From Heterodontus francisci (lineage: Eukaryota), in NCBI RefSeq assembly GCF_036365525.1, contig NC_090399.1, positions 32,210,430 through 32,274,429 on the forward strand: 64,000 nt of DNA, given 5' to 3'. Shown here piece after piece: positions 1 through 8,900 of this stretch. The position numbers and the translations under genes were made by a program. The notes under the pieces were generated by a model. That model was not told where the DNA came from. It saw only the letters and a program-made list of their open reading frames with translations, and did no database searches. Within the stretch, counting starts at the first letter, position 1; each line of letters starts with the position of its first letter.

Positions 1-340
1 CCTCAATCTCTCCTCATAAAGCAATCCTGCCATCCCAGGGATTAGACTAGTGAACCTCCGTTGCATTCCCTCTATGGCAAGTATATCCTTCCTCAGATAA
101 GGAGACCAAAACTGTACATAATACTCCAGAGCCTTGGTCTCACCAATGCTTTACACAAATGCAGCAAGACAGTTTTATCCCCATGCAATGAAGGACAGCA
201 TACCTTTTGCCTTCCTAATTGTTGCTGCACCTGCATACTAGCTTTCAGTGACTTATGAACAAGGAAACCCAGGTCGCTTTGTACATCAACACTTCCCAAC
301 CTCTCGCCATTTAAGAAATACTCTGCCTTTCTGTTTTTTC
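1..340 (-). mobile_element. CR1 LINE 3' ORF2 fragment
   Basis: Reverse translation resembles CR1 C-terminal motifs (DLGFLVHKSLK, ALVRPRL) seen in other copies in the window. Confidence 0.8.
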
Positions 341-344
341 AGCC

Positions 345-625
345 AAAGTAGTGCCACAGAACATGCTGGAGGGTATCCTCAATGTGAAGACAGGACTTTG
401 ACTCCACAAGGACTGTGTGGTGGTCATTCCTACCAATACTGTCATGGACAGATGCATCTCCGCCAGGTAGATTAGTGAGAATGGGGTCAAGTATGTTTTT
501 CCCTCTTGTTGGTTCCCTCACCACCTGCCGCAGACCCTGTCTAGCAGCAATGTCCTTTAGGGCTCGGTCAGTAGGGTGCTACTGAGCCACTCTTGATGAT
601 GGACGTTGAAGTCCCCCACCCAGGG
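345..625 (-). mobile_element. LINE endonuclease fragment, same family as 10948-13060
   Basis: VREPTRGKNILDPILTNL...GRNDHHTV, near-identical to 11900-12240. Confidence 0.8.
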
Positions 626-629
626 ACAA

Positions 630-1130
630 GCCTAGACTGTGCAACCTGTCCTCATAATTTAACCCTTTAGCCCCAGGATCTGGTGAATCTGTGTTGCTCT
701 CCCTCCAAGGCCAATCTATCCTTCCTGAGGTGCGGGGCCCAGAACTGAACACAGTTACTCCAGATGGAGTCTGACTAGAGCTTTATAGAAACTGGAACAT
801 AACTTTCACCCCTTTGTATATCAGTGCTCTCAAGCTAAAGGCCAGCATTCCAACTGCTTTCCAAATCCTTATTGTCCTTGTCCACTGGTCTTTAATGATT
901 TCTCCATTTGCTCTCCCCAGATCCAAGTTTCTCACTGGATGGAAAATATTCCAATTTATCTTTCTTCAGATCCAACGTAGATAATCTCATATTTCCCATG
1001 CTGAACTCCATCTGCCATAGATTTTCCCACTCATTTAACCCGTCAGTGTCTCTTTGTAACTTCCTGTCTCCTGTCTACACAATTTACTGAGCCACCCGAC
1101 TTAGTGTCGACAGCAAACTTCGAAATAAAA
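630..1130 (-). mobile_element. Degenerate CR1 RT/3' fragment
   Basis: The reverse strand shows the KFADDTKL-like segment (tttgctgtcgacactaag) and CR1 3' motifs. Confidence 0.6.
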
Positions 1131-1499
1131 TTCTCTGGGTTAAATTCAGGAGCTCCCCCACCTCACACAGTGTTAACAATCCACTGTCAAATGCTGAGCT
1201 CTGAGGAGCTCCAGAGACCTCTCCGGACTGGAGATGGTGCTGCAGGAGGAGGCCACACAGGTTACAACAACAATAATGTATATTTATATAGTGCCTTTAA
1301 TGTAATGAAAGATTTGTGCCCCAGGTTCCAGGTAATGATTTGCATTGTATTGTTGGGGGGACTGGAGGAGAAATGACTGGAATTCAGAGTCTCTGATCGG
1401 GGTTCAGTGAGGGATGGGGCGGGCGATCACAGGCTTTGGGAGGACAATCAGAAAGGAGATTGGTGGGGGTGGTCTGGAGCCCTTGTTCTCCATCGATGA

Positions 1500-2716
1500 G
1501 GTTGGTACTTTTGGGTTCATGCCCTGATGTGTCTCAGTGTGGAGTTGGTGTTTTTGGTTTCATGTCCTGATGTCTCTCTCTGTGTGTGGGGTTGGTGTTT
1601 TGGGGTTCATGCCCTGATGTCTCTCAGTGTGAGGTTGGTGTTTTGGGGTTCATGCCCTGATGTCTGTCTGTCTGTCTCCCTCTGTGTGGGGTTGGTGTTT
1701 TTGGTTTCATGCCCAGATGTCTCTCAGTGTGAGGTTGGTGTTTTGGGGTTCATGCCCTGATGTCTGTCTGTCTCTCTCCCTCTGTGTGGGGTTGGTGTTT
1801 TTGGTTTCATGCCCTGATGTCTCTCAGTGTGGGGTTGGTGTTTTTGGTTTCATGCCCTGGTGTCTCTCAGTGTGGGGTTGGTGTTTTGGGGCTCATGCCC
1901 TGATGTCTGTCTGTCTGTCTCTCTCCCTCTGTGTGGGGTTGGTGTTTTGGGGTTCATGCCCTGATGTCTCCCTCTGTGTGGGGTTGGTGTTTTGGGTTTC
2001 ATGCCCTGATGTCTCTCAGTGTGAGGTTGGTGTTTTGGGTTTCATGCCCTGATGTCTCTCTCTGTGTGTGGGGTTGGTGTTTTGGGGTTCATGCCCTGAT
2101 GTCTCTCAGTGTGAGGTTGGTGTTTTGGCGTTCATGCCCTGATGTCTGTCTGTCTGTCTCCCTCTGTGTGGGGTTGGAGTTTTTGGTTTCATGCCCTGAT
2201 GTCTCCCTCTGTGTGGGGTTGGTGTTTTTGGTTTCATGCCCTGATGTCTCTCAGTGTGAGGTTGGTGTTTTGGGTTTCATGCCCTGATGTCTCTCTCTGT
2301 GTGTGGGGTTGGTGTTTTGGGGTTCATGCCCTGATGTCTCTCAGTGTGAGGTTGGTGTTTTGGCGTTCATGCCCTGATGTCTGTCTGTCTGTCTCCCTCT
2401 GTGTGGGGTTGGAGTTTTTGGTTTCATGCCCTGATGTCTCCCTCTGTGTGGGGTTGGTGTTTTTGGTTTCATGCCCAGATGTCTCTCAGTGTGGGGTTGG
2501 TGTTTTGGGGTTCATGCCCTGATGTCTCCCTCTGTGTGAGGTTGGTGTTTTGGGGTTCATGCCCTGATGTCTCCCTCTGTGTGGGGTTGGTGTTTTTGGT
2601 TTCATGCCCAGATGTCTCTCAGTGTGGGGTTGGTGTTTTTGGTTTCATGCCCAGTTGTCTCTCTGTGTGGGGTTGGTGTTTTGGGGTTCATGCCTTGATG
2701 TCTCTGTCTCTGTGTT
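1500..2716 (+). repeat. Minisatellite, 43-55 bp unit GTTGGTGTTTTGGGGTTCATGCCCTGATGTCTCTCAGTGTGAG, with a 235-bp higher-order period in part
   Basis: About 25 tandem units running into the exon 2 acceptor. Near-identical ORF ends recur at 2052, 2287 and 2522. Confidence 0.95.
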
Positions 2717-2720
2717 TCAG

Positions 2721-2981
2721 GCTCTCACTCTCTCCGGTATTTCCTCACTGCCATGACTCCGATTCCCGGTTTCCCGGAGTTTGTGGCTGTTGGTTATGTG
2801 GACGATGTGCAGTTTGGTATGTACGACAGCGATCGAAAAGAGCTGATTCCCCGGGAGCAGTGGATGTTGGAGAGTGAGGGGCCAGAGGCCTGGGCACGGA
2901 AGAAAGAGCTCGCGATGGGACGGGAGCTAAATTTCAAAGCATATATTCCAATCCTCATGTCCCGATCCAACCAGTCAGGCG
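2721..2981 (+). CDS. MHC class I exon 2, alpha1 domain
   Basis: tttcag|GC...G|gtgagt, 261 nt. Translates GSHSLRYFLTAMTPIPGFPEFVAVGYVDDVQFGMYDSD...EGPEAW...LMSRSNQSG, with the N86 NQS sequon. Confidence 0.96.
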
Positions 2982-5900
2982 GTGAGTCCTCACCCTCCCA
3001 TCACACAGCCTCCTTCTATGGGTTGAGGGATTTGGGAGAGAATGGGTTGAAGCCAGGAGTTGAGCGGGTTTTGGGAGCCAGGATCTCCGAGAATAGTGGC
3101 TCTATCTCCCAGTGTAGAGGCAGCAGCCAATAGGGAGGGGCCTTACATCAGTTTTTGATGGATTTTCTTTTCCAAAAATATACTTTATTCATAAAAATTT
3201 GCAAAAATATAAGTAACCAAACAGTTCAAATTTGACATTTCGAAAAGTATAACAGAGATCAGATTCCTTCGATACAGAATGAGTTGCCTCACAACTCTTG
3301 CCATTCCATTTCATATGCAATGTACATTTGCATTACACAGAAAAAAACATTTTCTGGTGCATACAACTTGAGGGGTTTTACACAGGTTCCAGCCCCTCGG
3401 TTCACTATGACGGGAGGGCCTAACACAGTGACCTTTCCCCATTGAGCCTTTGTGGCGGCTGCCCCAAGTTTTAGTGCGTCCCTCAGCATGTAGTCCTGGA
3501 CCTTGGAATGTGCCAGTCTACAACACTCGATCGTAGACAGCTTTTTGCACTGGAAGACCAGCAAGTTTCAGGCAGACCAAAGTGCGTCTTTTATTGAATT
3601 GATTGGCCTCCAGCAGCAGTTGATGTTTATCTCGGTGTGCGTCCCTGGGACCAGACTGTTGAGCACTGACTCCTGTGTTAGAGAGCTGCTTGGGATGACC
3701 CTCGACTGTTCTTGAAGGATTTAACCGAAGGCTGGGAAGTGCTGGGTCCTTCAAATACACAGATTAGGTTCCAGGGCTTCTTTAAATACTGTCGGTTCCC
3801 CAGGAGATGTATGACAGGCAGTGTGGGCGGGGTCTCCCAGTGGGACCAGGTCTGATTGGCTGTGAGCTGGGGGATGCTGAGTGGGTTCTCCCATTGTCAG
3901 TGCGTCTGGCTACGTGAGATGGTGGGCGGGGTCTTGCAGTGGGACTGGGTCTGATTGGCTGCATGAGATGGTGGGTGGGGTCTCCCAATGGGACTGGGTC
4001 TGATTGGCTGTGTGGTAAGCAGGATCTCCCAGTGGGATCATCTTTGATTGGCTGTGTGTGTCTGATTGACAGGGATCCACACGTACCAGATGCTGATCGG
4101 CTGTGACTTGCGGGACGATGGGACCAGGACTGGGTTTGTCCAGAGGGGATGGGACGGACGAGACTTCATGAGCTTTGACAGGGATCACAAGGTGTGGGTG
4201 ACACCGGTTCCATGGGCGGAGAGCATCCAAAACAGGTGGAACGAGGACAAAGTTGACAACCTGCGGTGTGAACATTACTTGGAGGAGGAGTGTATTGAGT
4301 GGCTGAGGAAATTCCTGCAGTACGGAGAGCCAGAACTGAGAGTCGGTAAGTGCGGGGGGGAGAGACTGAGGCTGATTAAGGGCCTTCGCCACCATGGGTA
4401 TTTTACCCTTAGCTGGCGGGTGTTTGAGGCCTCACATAACCTGCTTTGTGAAAGCAGGTGGCCTCTTGCAGGCTGGTGGGGGCCCCACGGAGGGCCACCC
4501 CCGAAGCCACAACCGCCCATAATGCACAACACTCCTCCCGCCCTCCTAACTGGTGCCTCCCTTGCCTTGCCAGAGCCCGGCTGATTGTCCGTGGCAAGAC
4601 CCTAAAGACGTAACTGCTTTCCGGTGCTGACCTTCCGCTTTCAGCTATTGGCTGGAGGCAGTCCCAGCACTGGTCACCACTCCTGGTGGCACTGCAGGGC
4701 CGGGGAGCAGCTGGCTCGCTGATTGGCTAGCAGCTCCATTAGGCGGGACTTATTGCCTCAAGGAGGTGGAAGTCCCGCCCAACACCAATTAAAGGCCTGG
4801 CTCCCCAGGCTCGGCAGAGGCGGGCTCACTACCGAACCTTCGGCCGGTGGAAGGGGTCTCCCGCCCAATGAAAAATTCCAGCCTGAGAGTCAGTGAGTGG
4901 ACTGCGAGTTGGTGAATAGGGGGGTCCAGGACACAGTACCTCGAGCTTCCTGTACTGATTCCTCTCTCTCTCTCTCTCACACAGTCACTCCCGTCGTGTC
5001 ATTTACCCGTCCGGGTGATTCTAACCGTCTGTCCTGTGTCGTCACTGGGTTTTACCCACAAGCCATCGAGGTGACTCTGTGGAGAGATGGAGTGATGATC
5101 GATGAGATCCTGTCCTCTGGGATTTTACCCAATCACGACAGAACCTACCAGGTCTGGAAATGGATAGAGTTTGATCCGGAAGACCAGGCTGAGTATTCCT
5201 GCCGGGTGGAGCACAGTGGGCTGACGGAGACAATGGTGGTGATTTACGGTAAGATTGTCTCTCACTGTCAGAGGGGACTCAGCCTCGGAGCAGGAGCACA
5301 GGAGGGAGGGTCAGTGCTGAGCTACCAGCCCGGGACAGGCTGAGGCCCAGGATACAGAGAGGGAAATTAATATTAACTTTCAATGTGTCAAAATCCTCAC
5401 ACCATTTATAGAGAACTGTAATCGAGAGGACATTACAGTAATACAGTAATACAGGGCCTGGATATCTCTGAATCTCCCTCCCTCCCTCTCTCTCTGATCC
5501 TCCCTCTCTCTGAATCTCCCTCCCTCTATCTCTGTGATTCTCCCTCCCTCCCTCTCTCTGTGATTCTCCCCCCCCCCCCCTCTCTGTGATTCTCCCTCCC
5601 TCTCTCTGTGATTCTCCCCCCCCCCTCTCTGTGATTCTCCCCCCCCCCCTCTCTGTGATTCTCCCCCCCCCCCCCCGTCTGTGATTCTCCCTGTCTCTCT
5701 CTGTGATTCTCGCTCCATCGCTTTGATCTCCCCTCCCTCTCTCTGATCCTCCCTCCCTCCCTCTCTCTGATCCTCCCTCCCTCCCTCTCTCTGATCCTCC
5801 CTCCATCTTGCTCTCTGATTCTTTCTCCCTCCCTCCCTCCCTCCCTCCCTCTCTCTGATCTCCCTCCCTTCCTCTCTCTGATCTTCCCTCCCCCTCTCTC

Positions 5901-8900
5901 TCTCTGATTCTCCCTTCCTCTCTCGGATCCTCCCTCCATTTCTCTCTCGGATCCTCCCTCCATTTCTCTCTCGGATCCTCCCTCCATTTCTCTCTCGGAT
6001 CCTCCCTCCATTTCTCTCTCGGATCCTCCCTCCATTTCTCTCTCGGATCCTCCCTCCATTTCTCTCTCGGATCCTCCCTCCATTTCTCTCTCGGATCCTC
6101 CCTCCATTTCTCTCTCGGATCCTCCCTCCATTTCTCTCTCGGATCCTCCCTCCATTTCTCTCTCGGATCCTCCCTCCATTTCTCTCTCGGATCCTCCCTC
6201 CATTTCTCTCTCGGATCCTCCCTCCATTTCTCTCTCGGACCCTCCCTCCCCCTCTCTCTCGGACCCTCCCTCCCCCTCTCTCTCGGACCCTCCCTCCCCC
6301 TCTCTCTCTGACCCTCCCACTGACCCTTCCTCCCTCTCTCTCATTTTCCCTCCCTCCCTCTCTCTGTCTCTCTAATCCTCCCTTCCTCCTCTGATCTCAT
6401 TATTTTTCTCTCTCATTCATTCTCTCTCATTCTCCTCCTCTCACTGTCATTCTCCTGCTCTCTCTCTCATTGTCCCCGTCTCGATCTCGTTCTCTCTCTC
6501 TCTCTTGCTCTCATCCTTTCACTCTCTCGCTTTCATTCTCTCGCTCTCTCGCTCTCATTCTCTCACTTGCTCTTGCTCTCATTCTCTCTCTCGCTCTCAT
6601 TCTCGTTCGTTCCCTCCCCCCCCTCGTTCCCTCCCCCCGATTCTCCCCCTCATTCCCTCGCCCCCTGATTCTCCCCCTCATTCCCTCGCCCCCTGATTCT
6701 CCCTCTCGTTCCCTGATTCTCCCTCTCGTTCCCTGATTCTCCCTCTCGTTCCCTGATTCTCCCTCTCGTTCCCTGATTCTCCCTCTCGTTCCCTGATTCT
6801 CCCTCGTTCCCTCTCTGATTGGGTTGGGGAGGGTTTAAACTAAAATGGCACGGGGATGGGAACCTTTTAAAGGGGTCAGAGGAGGGGGGATCAAAGACAA
6901 GAACAAAAGACAGTAAGGGGAATAACAAAAGTGATAAGCAGAGAAATCAAGGGCCAGAATCAAACAGGGCCAGAGTGAAAAATAATGGGAAGGGACATGT
7001 AATATCAAAAAAAACAAGCCTCAAGGCTTTGTGCCTTAACGCATGGAGCATTCGCAATAAAGTGGATGAATTAATCGTGCAAATAAATGCAAACGGGTAT
7101 GATTATACCCATTGGCTATGATGGATTGGGAAACGTTACTTAAAGGGATGATGGTGGATAGGCAATGGTAAACATTCAAAGAGTGCATGGATGAACTGCA
7201 ACAATTGTTTATTCCTGTCTGGCACAAAAGTAAAATAGGAAAGGTAGCCAAACCATGGCTTACAAGGGAAATTAGAGATAACATTAGATCCAAGGAAGAG
7301 GCACACAAATTCATCAGAAAAAACAACAGACCTAAGGATTGGAAGCAGTTTAGAATTCAGCAAAGGAGGACCAAGGGATTGATTAAGAAGGGGAAACTAG
7401 AGTACGAGAGGAGCTTGCGGGGAACATAAAAACTGACTAAAAGTTTCTATAGGTATGTGAAGAGAAAAAAAATGAAGACAAATGTAGGTCCCTTACAGTC
7501 AGAAACAGGGGAATTTATTATGGGGGACAAAGAAAGAGCTGACCAGCTAAATGTGTACTTTGATTCTGTCTTCACAAAGGAGGACACAAATATCATACCA
7601 GAACTGTTGAGGAACACAGGGTTTAGTGAGAGAGAGGAACTGAAGGAAATCAGTATTAGTAGAGAAATGGTGTTGGGGAAATTGATGGGATTGAAGGCCG
7701 ATAAATCCCCACGACCTGATAATCTACATCCCAGAGTACTTAAGGAAGTGGCCCTAGAAGATTCTATAGACTCTGGAACAGTTCCGACAGATTGGAGGGT
7801 AGCTAATGTAACCGCACTATTTAAAAACGGAGGTAGAGAGAAAACAGGGAATTATAGACCAGTCAGCCTGACGTCAGTAGTGGGGAAAATTCTAGAGTCC
7901 ATTATCAAAGATTTTATAGCAGAGCACTGAGAGAACAGTGGTAGAATCAAGCAGAGTCAGCATGGATTTATGAAAGGGAAATCATGCTTGACAAATCTAC
8001 TAGAATTCTTCGAGGATGTAACTAGTAGAGTTGATGAGGGGGAGCCAGAGGATGTGGTTTATTTGGACTTTCAGAAGGCTTTCAACAAAGTTCCACATAA
8101 GAGATTAGCATGTAAAATTAAAGCGCATGGAATTGGGGGTAGTGTATTGCGATGGATAGAAAATTGGTTGGCAGGCAGGAAACAAAGAGTAGGAATAAAC
8201 GGGTCTTTTTCTGAATGGCAGGCAGTGACTAGTGGGGTACCGCTGGGATCAGTGCTGGGACCCCAGCTATTCACAATATATATATATATATATATAAATG
8301 ATTTAGATGAGGGAATTAAATGTAATATCTCCAAATTTGCAGATGACACAAAACTGGGTGGGAGGGTGAGTTGTGAGGAGGATGCAGAGAGGCTTCAGGA
8401 TGATTTGGACATGTTGAGTGAGTTGGCAAATGCATGGCAGATGCAGTATAATGTGGATAAATGTGAGGTTATCCACTTTGGTAGCAAAAACAGGAAGGCA
8501 GATTATTATCTGAATGCCTATAAACTGAGAGAGGGGAATATGCAATGAGACCTGGCTGTTCTCGTACACCAATCGCTGAAGGTAAGCAACAGGCGGTAAA
8601 AAAGGCAAATGGTACGTTTGCCTTCATAGCGAGAGGATTCGAGTATAGGAGCAGGGATGTCTTGCTACAATTATACAGGGCCTTGATGAGGCCACACCTG
8701 GAATATTGTGTGCAGTTTTGGTCTCCTTATCTGAGGAAGGATGTTCTTGCTATAGAGGGAGTGCAGCGAAGGTTTACCAGACTGATTCCTGGGATGGTGG
8801 GACTGACGTATGAGGAGAGATTGAGTCGGTTCGGATTATATTCGCTGGAGTTCAGAAGAGTGAGAGGTGATCTCATAGAAACATATATAATTCTAACAGG

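Noticed and set aside
1104-1376. Possible MHC leader exon (MICIVLLGGLEEK and nearby GT sites)
   Set aside because: The hydrophobic run is too short, ends in a stop, and has no phase-1 donor in the right place. The leader probably lies upstream of the window.
1527-2877. Cys/Trp-rich ORFs in the ORF track
   Set aside because: They are translations of the intron 1 minisatellite.
5279-6928. Glu/Gly/Arg repeat ORFs (EGGSEREM)n
   Set aside because: Antisense translations of the polypyrimidine repeats; no splice or domain support.
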